Positions 1-8,632 of a DNA stretch of 19,518 bases are shown piece after piece. Position numbers and translations under genes: made by a program. The stretch is from Candidatus Zixiibacteriota bacterium. GTDB taxonomy: Bacteria; Zixibacteria; MSB-5A5; GN15; FEB-12. The stretch is from positions 1-19,518 of the forward strand of contig JBGSIV010000015.1 of assembly GCA_041742355.1 (NCBI GenBank), read 5' to 3'. Positions within the stretch are counted from its first letter, which is position 1, and each line of letters opens with the position of its first letter. Below the pieces are notes generated by a model. It was not told the origin of the DNA and searched no databases. It saw nothing but the letters and a program-made list of their open reading frames with translations.

Positions 1-177
1 TGGACGACTCTCTGATCCCCTCCTCAACCAACTGGATCGAGAGCTACTTCAGCCGACTGAAAACACGCTACCGCCAGCATCGCGGCCTATCGGCACAACA
101 CCGCGCCAACTACTTCGCCTGGTACTTCCACCTCTGCCGGAAATAGAAAATATCAACACAAAAAGAGCATTATGCCC
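1..177 (+). mobile_element. Right end of an insertion sequence (probably IS256 family, IS1249-like): transposase 3' end plus terminal inverted repeat
   Basis: Bases 1-177 equal the reverse complement of 19342-19518 except at position 142. Identity ends sharply after ...AAAAAGAGCATTATGCCC, so the element end reads GGGCATAATGCTC inward. The segment contains a transposase-like reading frame. Confidence 0.85.
3..146 (+). CDS. Transposase C-terminal fragment (runs off window start)
   Basis: Manual translation from base 3: DDSLIPSSTNWIESYFSRLKTRYRQHRGLSAQHRANYFAWYFHLCRK*. The IPxSTNxIE...LK...HRGLS pattern resembles the catalytic-Glu helix of IS256-type DDE transposases. Confidence 0.8.
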   Translation, partial: DDSLIPSSTNWIESYFSRLKTRYRQHRGLSAQHRANYFAWYFHLCRK

Positions 178-178
178 T

Positions 179-1477
179 TTTCGAGCCGCAGGCGCTTTCC
201 GGGCCGACACCGTCTTTCACGATGACTACGAGTTTGATGAGCACTGGATGCACGGAGGCGACGCGACTGTCGGCGCCTGGCATTGCACCCGGATGGCCAC
301 AGGTTACTTCAAGGGCGGCATCATGCCCCCGTGCGACAGGCACGGCCATGGCAAAGCATGGAATACGGGACTGGAACTTCTTGAAGACCTCGACGGCGGG
401 CATGCCACGTTGCGTACGCTCGGCATTGACATGTCGGGCGGCGACATGGCCACGGTCGAGCTCTATCTCTGGTTTGTGAACTCGTTTGTTCCCGGAACCG
501 GCGAGGATGTCTTCGACTTTCAGGTCTGTAACGACTCGACCCTGAGCTGGGTGCTGGCGAAAAGAATCGGGCCCGTTCTTCCCTCGCCGGGCAAGTGGAA
601 TCGGGAGGTGATCTGGATCAACGACTTTGTGGAACTTGCCGATCACGTGTGCCTGCGCTACGACGTCTCCGATCTCGGTTTCGATTCTCCGGTTGAAGCG
701 GCCGTCGACGAGGTCACGTTCGTGGTCTATTCGTCAGACTCGACCGGCCCATCCATCACCACCGAATCCCTGCCCGATTGGACCGTCAATATCCCTGTCC
801 AGGTGAACCTGCATTCCGACGGCGGAATCGGCACAATCACCTGGTCGGATGCTCATGGCAACCTTGCCGGCACCGGTCTGCAACTTGCGGCAAACGGCAC
901 TCTGGAGGGAATACCCGCCAATATCGGGACGATCGCGTTCACCGCCCTTGCAGTCGACGAGTATGACAACCGGGATTCGGCCTCTTACACCTTTACGGTT
1001 AACCCTGCCCTGTCGATCACAACCGAGGCTCTGCCTGCCTGCACTTTGGGTCATCCAGTCTCCATGCAGATCCAGCATGCCGGCGGAACGGGCACTATCG
1101 AATGGATCACCGAATCGGATGCTCTGGGCTCCCATGGCATGAACCTGGAAGCCAGTGGCCGATTGTCCGGTACGCCGGTCGATACCGGCGCCTTTGCTTT
1201 CGCCGTTTCCGCCCGGGATCTCGCCGGTGCCACCGATGAGGCCGAATTCGAAGTGAAGATCCTCACCGCATGCGGGGACGCTAACGCCAACGGCGCAGGC
1301 CCGGATATCGCCGACCTGACGTTTCTGGTGAGATTTCTTTTTGCCGGCGGACCCGCACCCGATCCGATGGCCGCCGATATCGACGCCTCCGGATCAATCA
1401 CCATCTCGGACATCACTCGCTTCGTCGATTTCCTGTTCCGGAACGGACCTGCGCTGAACTGCCGCATTCGCGAGTGA
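179..1477 (+). pseudogene. 5'-truncated extracellular protein: two putative Ig (He_PIG-like) repeats plus C-terminal dockerin type I; interrupted by the IS
   Basis: The frame of ORF 248..1477 stays open upstream to the IS junction (FRAAGAFRADTVFHDDYEFDEHWMHGG...). No signal peptide. Two ITTExLP...GGxGTIxW...GxLxGxP repeats. Dockerin CGDANANG..DIADLTFLVRFLF...ADIDASGSITISDITRFVDFLF at ~1271-1462. Confidence 0.75.
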
Positions 1478-1538
1478 CGCGCCCCGTGCTCCGCAGTTAC
1501 CGGCAGACTTCGCATCTCGGGACACCGGGTGCATGCAT

Positions 1539-2204
1539 TCATCGCACCTGGTGCTTCATGTTCGCCTGCAACGTGTGCCAGAACCCGGTCAGATAGAGCG
1601 CAAGGCCGAGAATCAACAACCAGTACGGATACGTATCCGGGGTTACTTCGTTGAGGGTATCCTCGGCACGCCCCCAGAAGCTGTAGAGGATAGCACCGGT
1701 GCCGAGGAGCACCGCGACCCACGCAAGAGTGGTCGGCCGGAAGCCGAACCCGCGCGAATGAATGATCGTGATCAGCAGACCGATCACAATCATGAAGAGT
1801 GAAATAAGCAAGGGGGCGATGACCGGCGCAACCCAGGGAACGGGGATCAGAAAGAGTACATCCCACGCGAAAAGAGAATCGGGCCAGCCGGTAGTGGCCT
1901 TGAGCCAGATGTAGTAGAAGATGTCGGTGATTCCGAATATCGTCAGAAACCATCCGAAGTGCTCCCAGAAGCTGTTGCCCGCAAGTGCGGCAACTGAAAC
2001 AAGGACGGTGATGACGCTCGCTTCGCGGAATAACTCGACTCGCAGGAAGCTGTTGGGAATTGACTGCAGCGGCAGGGTGAAACCATCCTGGTAGAACAAC
2101 TGGCGCAGGTAAATGACCGATGCGGCCTCCAGGAATGCCATAGTGGCTGCAAACGCGATAATGTAGAAGAGCCGGGCCCGGTGCGTCATGAGTTCATTCG
2201 CCAT
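1539..2204 (-). CDS. Multi-pass integral membrane protein of unknown function
   Basis: 221-aa ORF with about 6-7 hydrophobic segments (AMAFLEAASVIYLR, DIFYYIWL, WDVLFLIPVPWVAPV). GGAG/AGGA upstream of the ATG. Confidence 0.85.
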   Translation of the reverse strand: MANELMTHRARLFYIIAFAATMAFLEAASVIYLRQLFYQDGFTLPLQSIPNSFLRVELFREASVITVLVSVAALAGNSFWEHFGWFLTIFGITDIFYYIWLKATTGWPDSLFAWDVLFLIPVPWVAPVIAPLLISLFMIVIGLLITIIHSRGFGFRPTTLAWVAVLLGTGAILYSFWGRAEDTLNEVTPDTYPYWLLILGLALYLTGFWHTLQANMKHQVR

Positions 2205-2319
2205 ACAAGTCCTGTCTCCACATCAAGACCAATCCGCGTTCTCGGCCGGTATCCGGCGGATGTACCAAATCCAGGGGCTGGGGAGCCGCCGCTCGCGGGT
2301 GCTCTTCTCCTGAAAACGT

Positions 2320-2348
2320 TTGCAGGGCCCCGGAGTTCGATCTATATT
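2320..2348 (+). promoter_or_regulatory. Sigma70-type promoter for tadA (likely leaderless transcript)
   Basis: TTGCAG (2320-2325), 17 bp spacer, TATATT (2343-2348). The ATG begins at 2355. Confidence 0.55.
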
Positions 2349-2354
2349 TCGGCC

Positions 2355-2831
2355 ATGGATGTCGAACGGCACGAGTACTTTATGGCCATGGCACTGCGCG
2401 AAGCCGAACAGGCCTACGAGGAAGGGGAAGTCCCCGTCGGAGCAGTCGTCGTCTTCGGCGACAAGGTGATCGGACGGGGATACAACCGGACTGCCCAGCT
2501 TCACGATGCCACCGCGCACGCCGAGATGATCGCACTCTCGGCCGCCTACAACTACCTCGGTGACTGGCGGTTGGAGGAGTGCGAACTCTACTGCACCCTG
2601 GAACCCTGCGCGATGTGTGCCGGAGCGGCTGTCCTCTCCCGGATTCGCCGCATCGTGTTTGGCGCCCGCGACCCGAAATTCGGGGCCTGCGGCTCCATTT
2701 TCATGATCCCCACCGACAAACGGCTCAACCACCGGATCGATATCGTTGAAGGCGTGCTGGCTGACACGGTAGCATCGCTGATGCGGGAGTTCTTCGCCCA
2801 GGTGCGCGAAAGAAAAGAGGGGATCAATTGA
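2355..2831 (+). CDS. tadA: tRNA adenosine(34) deaminase
   Basis: MDVERHEYFMAMALREAE..GEVPVGAVVV..HDATAHAE..TLEPCAMCAGA..FGARDPKFGA. HAE and PCxxC Zn motifs. Start reassigned from 2181 to the ATG at 2355. Confidence 0.95.
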   Translation: MDVERHEYFMAMALREAEQAYEEGEVPVGAVVVFGDKVIGRGYNRTAQLHDATAHAEMIALSAAYNYLGDWRLEECELYCTLEPCAMCAGAAVLSRIRRIVFGARDPKFGACGSIFMIPTDKRLNHRIDIVEGVLADTVASLMREFFAQVRERKEGIN

Positions 2832-2901
2832 CTACGCCGCGATTCCGTCTTCAACACGTTGGCGACCCACCCATCCCGACGTCCTGCCACGGAGGCTCGA
2901 C

Positions 2902-3372
2902 ATGCGCCCGCTGACCGAGGAGCAGGAAAAGAACTGGATGATCGCCCGGATTATCGCGGTGGCTATGGGACTTGCCGCCCCGGCGCTCTACCTTGTGATC
3001 GCCCTGTCAATTCGACCCGACCGCGGGGATTTCGACCTACCGGCCGGCGGCCATAGCGCGCTGGTGTTCTTCATGCTCCTGACGCTCGCGATTGTGGATC
3101 CGCTACTGGTGCCGGTGATCGAGCGGGCCCAGCTCAACACGTGGCGCCGCATGAAAGGCAGCCGATCCGCCGACCGGATGTACCTCTCGCTGGTGGTGCT
3201 TCGACTGGCGTTCGTGGAGGCCAGTTTCCTGTTCGGGTTGGTTGTGTACCTCCTGACCTACGACTTCCTGCGCCTCCTGTTGTTCTACCTGGTCGGGTTA
3301 ATCTGGCTTGCTGTCTTCTGGCCAAGGCGCGAAAAATACGAGCAATTCGTTCAAACCGGAGAGGTGCGATGA
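2902..3372 (+). CDS. Four-TM membrane protein of unknown function (paralog of the next gene)
   Basis: 156 aa with four hydrophobic helices. GGAGG RBS upstream. Stop overlaps the next start (ATGA at 3369-3372). Confidence 0.8.
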   Translation: MRPLTEEQEKNWMIARIIAVAMGLAAPALYLVIALSIRPDRGDFDLPAGGHSALVFFMLLTLAIVDPLLVPVIERAQLNTWRRMKGSRSADRMYLSLVVLRLAFVEASFLFGLVVYLLTYDFLRLLLFYLVGLIWLAVFWPRREKYEQFVQTGEVR

Positions 3373-3881
3373 ATCTGGATGCTGAGGACAAGTATGATCT
3401 GGCAAAAATGATCGCCGGGGTGTTGTACCAGGGGATCTTCATCAACATTCTCATCCCGGCCGGGTTGCTCATGGTCGCGTACTACATCGACAAGCATGGC
3501 GGGGTGGACCCTTCGGTGGTGGATTCTGCCAATATTCTCTTCTACTTCCTCGCCGCGGCGAGCCTGACCGAGGGAGCGGTCGCGGTCCTCTGGCGCTCGA
3601 AAGCGCTGAATCGTCCGATGGTCCGCCGGAAAGAGACCATCGAATCCGATATCCGTGAAGAACTGAAGGCCCGCCTGCGGCCGATCTTTCTTCTGATCGC
3701 GGCCATTGCTCTCAACGGGATCATCTACTACCTGCTGACCGGGCGGTTTGACGAAGGACTGGCGTTTGTTATCCTCTCGTTTGTCGCCTTCCAGATTGTC
3801 CGGCCGCGCTACGGCATGCTGCGCAAGGTGATCGAAACGCAGGAGTCGCTGGTCGAGCAGGGGCAGTTCATGGGGCGTTAG
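3369..3881 (+). CDS. Four-TM membrane protein of unknown function
   Basis: Start MNLDAEDK at 3369 with GAGG RBS and ATGA coupling. Four hydrophobic helices. Shares a G-x-x-x-YLLT..F..L.F....PR pattern with the upstream gene. Confidence 0.8.
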   Translation: MNLDAEDKYDLAKMIAGVLYQGIFINILIPAGLLMVAYYIDKHGGVDPSVVDSANILFYFLAAASLTEGAVAVLWRSKALNRPMVRRKETIESDIREELKARLRPIFLLIAAIALNGIIYYLLTGRFDEGLAFVILSFVAFQIVRPRYGMLRKVIETQESLVEQGQFMGR

Positions 3882-3993
3882 CGCTGGGCTGGGTTCCGCG
3901 CTGAAAGGACTGCCTGTCGGCTCGGAACGGACCCGGTGAAGGCCCGAAACACCCACGGGCGGGAACAGGGGCAACGATTCAATGACCACTGGC

Positions 3994-4032
3994 GCGGGGA
4001 CAGAAAGCGGGGGCAGAAAGCGGGGGCAGAAA
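3994..4032 (+). repeat. 13-bp tandem repeat x3, GCGGGG(A/G)CAGAAA
   Basis: GCGGGGACAGAAA 3994-4006, GCGGGGGCAGAAA 4007-4019, GCGGGGGCAGAAA 4020-4032. Confidence 0.9.
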
Positions 4033-4038
4033 TTGGGC

Positions 4039-4066
4039 TTTACATTTTCGGATGAATTAGTACATT
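4039..4066 (+). promoter_or_regulatory. Sigma70-type promoter for tRNA-Ser
   Basis: TTTACA (4039-4044), 16 bp spacer, TACATT (4061-4066), ending 11 bp before the tRNA. A 16-bp spacer is typical of stable RNA promoters. Confidence 0.65.
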
Positions 4067-4077
4067 TGGTGACCGTC

Positions 4078-4165
4078 GGAGAGGTGGCTGAGTGGTCGAA
4101 AGCGGCGGTCTCGAAAACCGTTGTACCCTCGGGTACCCTGGGTTCGAATCCCAGCCTCTCCGCCA
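4078..4165 (+). tRNA. tRNA-Ser (anticodon CGA)
   Basis: Acceptor stem GGAGAGG/CCTCTCC with discriminator G and encoded CCA. D arm GCTGAGTGGTCGAAAGC. Anticodon arm GCGGT-CTCGAAA-ACCGT. Long variable arm GTACC-CTCG-GGTAC. T arm CTGGG-TTCGAAT-CCCAG. Confidence 0.97.
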
Positions 4166-4209
4166 TACTCGCACCGCTCGGCTCCGCGGCAATTCCCAAA
4201 CATCCCCCC

Positions 4210-5100
4210 TCAAATCCTGATCCCGTGCTCCTCGAGCATAGCGGCCAGCAACGCCCGCTCACTCGGCCCTGACGGCTGAATCGGCAGACGAGCCGGTCCC
4301 CCGTACAACCCGAGACAATCCATCGCCGCCTTCAAGGCCGGCACTCCTCCGCCGCTGGTCACAGCCCGGTTGAGCGGGATTATGCGGAACTGGATCTCGC
4401 GCGCACGGTCCGGATCGCCGTCGACGAAGGCCCGGTAGAGAGCAAGGCACAGCTCAGGAGCGATATTCGCCAGAGCCACAATCGCCCCGACCGCCCCCAC
4501 CGACAACGCCGGCAGCATGAACCCGGCCGAGCCGGCGAGCACCTGGAAATCAGGCTCGGCCCCCCGCACGATCTCCCCCATCTTCGTGATGTCCCCGCCG
4601 GAATCCTTGATACCGATGATATTCGGGTGGCTCGACAGCTCCACAACAACCTCGGCAGTGAGGTCGAGCCCGGAACAGGCGGGCATGTTATAGACGATTA
4701 TCGGGATCGACGAAGCCTCGGCGACTGCATGGTAGTGGTTGACCAGCGCGGGACGGGTCATGAGACCCCGATAGTAGGAGGGATTGAGCACCAGCGCGGC
4801 ATCGGCGCCGGCTTCGGCCGCACTTCGAGTCTGCGCTATGGTGGCGCGGGTGGACTGCTCCCCCGTCCCGGCCAGCATGAGCTTGTCGGACGGAATCGCG
4901 GCGCGCGCAGCATCGAACACCTGCCGCTTCTCGGAATCCGAAAGCATGACCTTCTCGCCGTTCGATCCGAGAATCAGAAACCCCGCCAGATCGAACCGAC
5001 CCAGCCGCCGAAGGTTTTCCTGCAGTTTGTCGAGAGCCAGATCCTCGTCCGGCCGGAATGAGGTCGGTATCGGGGGAAAGATGCCGTTGAGCTTGAGCAC
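4210..5100 (-). CDS. Dihydrodipicolinate synthase family aldolase, 4-hydroxy-2-oxoglutarate aldolase-like
   Basis: GIFPPIPTSF, LGSNGE, LAGTG, IIVYNMP, and Schiff-base Lys in IGIKDSGGD. Probable GTG start at 5100 with GAGGAG RBS. Confidence 0.9.
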   Translation of the reverse strand: MLKLNGIFPPIPTSFRPDEDLALDKLQENLRRLGRFDLAGFLILGSNGEKVMLSDSEKRQVFDAARAAIPSDKLMLAGTGEQSTRATIAQTRSAAEAGADAALVLNPSYYRGLMTRPALVNHYHAVAEASSIPIIVYNMPACSGLDLTAEVVVELSSHPNIIGIKDSGGDITKMGEIVRGAEPDFQVLAGSAGFMLPALSVGAVGAIVALANIAPELCLALYRAFVDGDPDRAREIQFRIIPLNRAVTSGGGVPALKAAMDCLGLYGGPARLPIQPSGPSERALLAAMLEEHGIRI

Positions 5101-5199
5101 ACCAATCTCCTCTCTAAACGTCGTATCGGTGGGATAATGTACCGCACGAACGCAGAGTCGGCAACAGGTGATCGGCGTGAGCCTCAAGGGCATTCGCTG

Positions 5200-6291
5200 C
5201 TACAGCGGCCTGCGTACCAGCGTGTAGGTGCCGAAAAGATCCTTCTCAAAATCCATCGACTCGGCCCAGCCGAGCGCAGTCCCCATGGTCCGGGCGAATT
5301 GCGTGTCATCGACATCGAACGCCACCACCTGGAATCCAACCGCCTCAAAAGTCGCCCGATCGAACGGGGACCGGCCATCCGACCACGGGATATACTTCTC
5401 GTCCTCGGGGAGGCTGCGAGCCGGATGCAGATTGTAGATCAGGAAAAATCCGCCCGGCTTGAGGCGGCGGTAAACCTCGCGGACAAAGGTCGAGTCATCG
5501 ACCCCAAGCTGTACGAGCATGCGGGGATCGACCTCACGCTCCGGATGAATGTAGCCGCGCTTGAGCGTATTCTTCGAGACGAACGCATCGAGATTATCCG
5601 GCACCGCCGCCGCGATTGCCCCGTCCGACGGAAAGGAACCGAAGACCAGATTGAGGGAGCCGGAAGCGCCGTGCGAAGCGCCCGGTGCCGCCGGGATAGC
5701 CCCACTATCTCCGGCGTAGAGCAGCGGCAGGAGCGGATCGACCTCGATACCGGTGACATTGCCCCCGAGGCTGGCCATAAGCCGCAACTGGCCGATGGAA
5801 CCGAATCCGAAGTCGACTACCCTCGCCCCGTTGAGCGAAGCGAGCCCGGCCTCACCGAGCAGATCCAGCGGCCGGACAAAAGCCAGAGGCGTCCCGTAGC
5901 GGGTATAGTAGTAGAACTGCTCGCCGAGTTCGCGGCGCTCGAATCCGGCGCGGGCGGAATCGGTTCGAGCCATAAATTCGGCCTCCGACAGAAAGGCCCG
6001 CTGCTCCTTGTTGTAATAAACGATCCGGGGGGCCGAAAGCGCCGGGAGATCCGGCACAGCTGCCAGGAAGTCCTTCGCCACCTGGCTGGTGACAAGCGGA
6101 GCGAGCGCGGTGGCCTCGGTCGAAAGCTGCGAGATCGCACTGGAATCCGCGGCCTGAGCCCGCCCGAGGGCTGTCCAGATCAAGAGCACGGTTAACGTCA
6201 GCAGCACCGTGAACGCAAGTACACGCATCCGTCGCGTGGAAATCGCCTTCGCCTTCACATTGGATCGGTACTCGGGCACATTCTGGGTCAT
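5200..6291 (-). CDS. Class I SAM-dependent methyltransferase-fold protein with N-terminal signal peptide
   Basis: RVVDFGFGSIG (motif I-like), VTGIEVD (motif II), REVYRRLKPGGFFLIY. N-terminal RRMRVLAFTVLLTLTVLLIWTALGRAQA. AAGGAAG upstream of the ATG at 6291. Confidence 0.75.
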   Translation of the reverse strand: MTQNVPEYRSNVKAKAISTRRMRVLAFTVLLTLTVLLIWTALGRAQAADSSAISQLSTEATALAPLVTSQVAKDFLAAVPDLPALSAPRIVYYNKEQRAFLSEAEFMARTDSARAGFERRELGEQFYYYTRYGTPLAFVRPLDLLGEAGLASLNGARVVDFGFGSIGQLRLMASLGGNVTGIEVDPLLPLLYAGDSGAIPAAPGASHGASGSLNLVFGSFPSDGAIAAAVPDNLDAFVSKNTLKRGYIHPEREVDPRMLVQLGVDDSTFVREVYRRLKPGGFFLIYNLHPARSLPEDEKYIPWSDGRSPFDRATFEAVGFQVVAFDVDDTQFARTMGTALGWAESMDFEKDLFGTYTLVRRPL

Positions 6292-6393
6292 GGTCTTCAC
6301 TTCCTTGAGGGATGACGGGTTACCAGCAGGTACGCAGACGGGCCGGAGATTGTTGCGGCAAGCAGAGAGATTTGAAGGAAGCCGCACGTAACG

Positions 6394-6422
6394 ACCAAGG
6401 CCCCGCTCGGCGGGGCCTTGGT
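6394..6422. terminator. GC-rich hairpin downstream of the OPT gene (possible terminator or RNA-stabilising stem)
   Basis: ACCAAGGCCCCGC-TCG-GCGGGGCCTTGGT, perfect 13-bp stem. No clear U tract. Confidence 0.5.
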
Positions 6423-6499
6423 GACTTACCATTCGTGACAGCCGGAAAAGAGCGCCCTCTTCCCCTTAGCCGTCATCCGACCGGAACTTCTTCCTCCGA

Positions 6500-8632
6500 T
6501 CATTTCTCCGGAGCATCCGACTTGCCCGGTGCAGCCTTGTCCTTGGCAGTGCCGACACGGTACAGGATGTACATGAGCACCGCAAACGGGATCATCGCAA
6601 ACCAATCGGCCTCGGAGAGGTGCCCCAGCAGACTGGAGAAATTGATCGCCTGGTCCCAGCCGACCCCGGCCAACCCGGCGACAATGATCCCGCAGATAGC
6701 CGCGCCGGCGATATAACCCGACGACATAAGAACACCCGGCGAAAACTCGGCCTCAGAGGCAGAGCCCCTGCGCTTGCGGTCGACCAGCGCCCGGATTATC
6801 CCCCCCGCCATAATCGGCGCGGAGCTCGAGAGCGGCAGGTACAACCCGACCGCAAACGGCAACGACGACACGCCGACCAGTTCCATAACAAGGGCAAGGA
6901 ATATGCCGATGAGCACCAGCCCCCAGGGAAGTTTTTGGGTCAGGATACCGTCGATAATGAGCCCGAAGAGCCGGGCTTTCGGTGAATCGAGCTTCGTCAC
7001 CGGCTTGCCGTCGACCTCCGAAACTGTCCCGGCGATGCCGGGATCAATGAGGTACGCGATGCGACCGGTCTCATCGATTAGGTACTTGCCGACAAGAACG
7101 TTGCCGGTCTGCTCGTGGACGCGGTGGACGCTATACGTGTTGCCGTCGGGACCAACCTGCGTCGGTTCGTCGGCTGAGGCGGTCGCGACATAATCCGGAT
7201 ACTGAATCGGCGTGACCGTCGTGTACGCGTTGTTGAGAGCGATTACGATCCACCCGATTACCAGAGCGCTGGTTATGACGCCGATCATAATCCCTAGCTG
7301 CTGCAGCCGTGGCGTAGCGCCGACCAGGTAGCCGGTCTTGAGATCCTGGCTGATTGTGCCGCCATTCGACGCGGCGATACAGACAATCGCGGCGGTCGAG
7401 AGCGCCATCGCGCGGAACGACACGCCGGTCCAGCCCACCGCGAGGAAAAGCAGGCAGGTGATCAGCAGTGTCGCGACTGTCATGCCCGAGATCGGGTTGG
7501 AGGACGACCCGATCTCGCCGGTAATTCGGCTCGAGACCGTGACAAAGAAAAACCCGAACAGGACAATCAGCACCGCTGAAATGGCGTTGATATTCAGGAT
7601 CGGAGCCAGCCAGATCGCCAGCACGAGGCCGATCGAACCGAACACCACGACCGACAGCGGCAGGTCGTTCTCGGTGCGGACCACTTTCTCACCCGAGGCT
7701 TTGCCGGCCCGCGAATCGAGGAACGACCGGAAACCACGTCGGAAAGCGGAAATTATGATCGGGAAGGAGCGGATCAGGCTGATAATACCGCCGGTGGCCA
7801 CCGCCCCGGCGCCGATGTAGAGCACGTACGCGTTGCGGACCTCGTTCGGCGACATGTCCCGGATCAGGGTGGTCGCAGGGAACATCGGGGAGGTCAGGCC
7901 TTCACCGAAAATCGTGATCGCCGGAATGAGAATAAGGTACGCGAGCGTCCCACCGGCCATCATGTTCGCGGCCACTTTCGGCCCGATAATGTAGCCGACA
8001 CCGAGCAGCTCGGGCGTGATCTCCACGGCAACCGATCCCCCCTTGAAAAAACCAAGCATGCGAGTCGGAACCTCTGCCCAGAGCTTCATGCCGACATTGA
8101 TGAACTTGTAGATCGCCCCGACAAAGAACCCGAGGAACACCGTCTTGGCATTCGTGCCTTTCTGCTCGCCGACAATGAGTACGTCGGCGCAGGCCGTCCC
8201 CTCGGGGTAGGTGAGCCGCCCGTGCTCCTTGACAATCAACCCCTGCCGCAGAGGAATCATCATGAGGACGCCGAGGACTCCTCCCAGCAGGGCCATCGTG
8301 CAGATCGCCACAAACTCCATGTCCTGGCCGAGCAGGAGAAAGACCGGCATGGTGGTGGCGACACCGAAGGCGATCGATTCGCCGGCCGATCCGGTTGTCT
8401 GGACGATGTTGTTCTCGAGGATGGTGGCTTTGCCGAGCAGCCGGAAGAGCGTGATCGAAAGCACGGCGATCGGGATCGAGGCGCTCACAGTCATGCCGAC
8501 CTTGAGCGCCAGGTACACCGACGAGGCTGCGAAGACAATGCCCAGAACAGCGCCGAGTGCAACCGCCCGAAACGTGAACTCGCGCAGAGACTCATTGGGC
8601 GAGATGAACGGCTTGAAATCCGAGCCTGACAT
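6500..8632 (-). CDS. Oligopeptide transporter, OPT family
   Basis: REFTFRAVALG, YLALKVGMTVSASIPIAV, ILENNIVQTTGSAGES, LTYPEGTACA, GSSSNPISGMT, QDLKTGYLVGATP. Many TM helices. Start MSGSDF at 8632 with GGAGTGAGG RBS. Confidence 0.95.
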   Translation of the reverse strand: MSGSDFKPFISPNESLREFTFRAVALGAVLGIVFAASSVYLALKVGMTVSASIPIAVLSITLFRLLGKATILENNIVQTTGSAGESIAFGVATTMPVFLLLGQDMEFVAICTMALLGGVLGVLMMIPLRQGLIVKEHGRLTYPEGTACADVLIVGEQKGTNAKTVFLGFFVGAIYKFINVGMKLWAEVPTRMLGFFKGGSVAVEITPELLGVGYIIGPKVAANMMAGGTLAYLILIPAITIFGEGLTSPMFPATTLIRDMSPNEVRNAYVLYIGAGAVATGGIISLIRSFPIIISAFRRGFRSFLDSRAGKASGEKVVRTENDLPLSVVVFGSIGLVLAIWLAPILNINAISAVLIVLFGFFFVTVSSRITGEIGSSSNPISGMTVATLLITCLLFLAVGWTGVSFRAMALSTAAIVCIAASNGGTISQDLKTGYLVGATPRLQQLGIMIGVITSALVIGWIVIALNNAYTTVTPIQYPDYVATASADEPTQVGPDGNTYSVHRVHEQTGNVLVGKYLIDETGRIAYLIDPGIAGTVSEVDGKPVTKLDSPKARLFGLIIDGILTQKLPWGLVLIGIFLALVMELVGVSSLPFAVGLYLPLSSSAPIMAGGIIRALVDRKRRGSASEAEFSPGVLMSSGYIAGAAICGIIVAGLAGVGWDQAINFSSLLGHLSEADWFAMIPFAVLMYILYRVGTAKDKAAPGKSDAPEK

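Noticed and set aside
2181..2354. N-terminal extensions from the ORF track (tadA 2181; also 3141, 5193, 6432, 11595, 12953, 16981)
   Set aside because: They overlap neighbouring genes or promoters or lack family-like sequence. Downstream starts have better RBS, promoter or signal-peptide context.
3994..4032. Mini-CRISPR array
   Set aside because: 13-bp units are directly adjacent with no spacers, and there are no cas genes.
4140..4209. tRNA-Ser 3' end as an island attachment site
   Set aside because: No integrase and no duplicated tRNA 3' end found by eye in the window.
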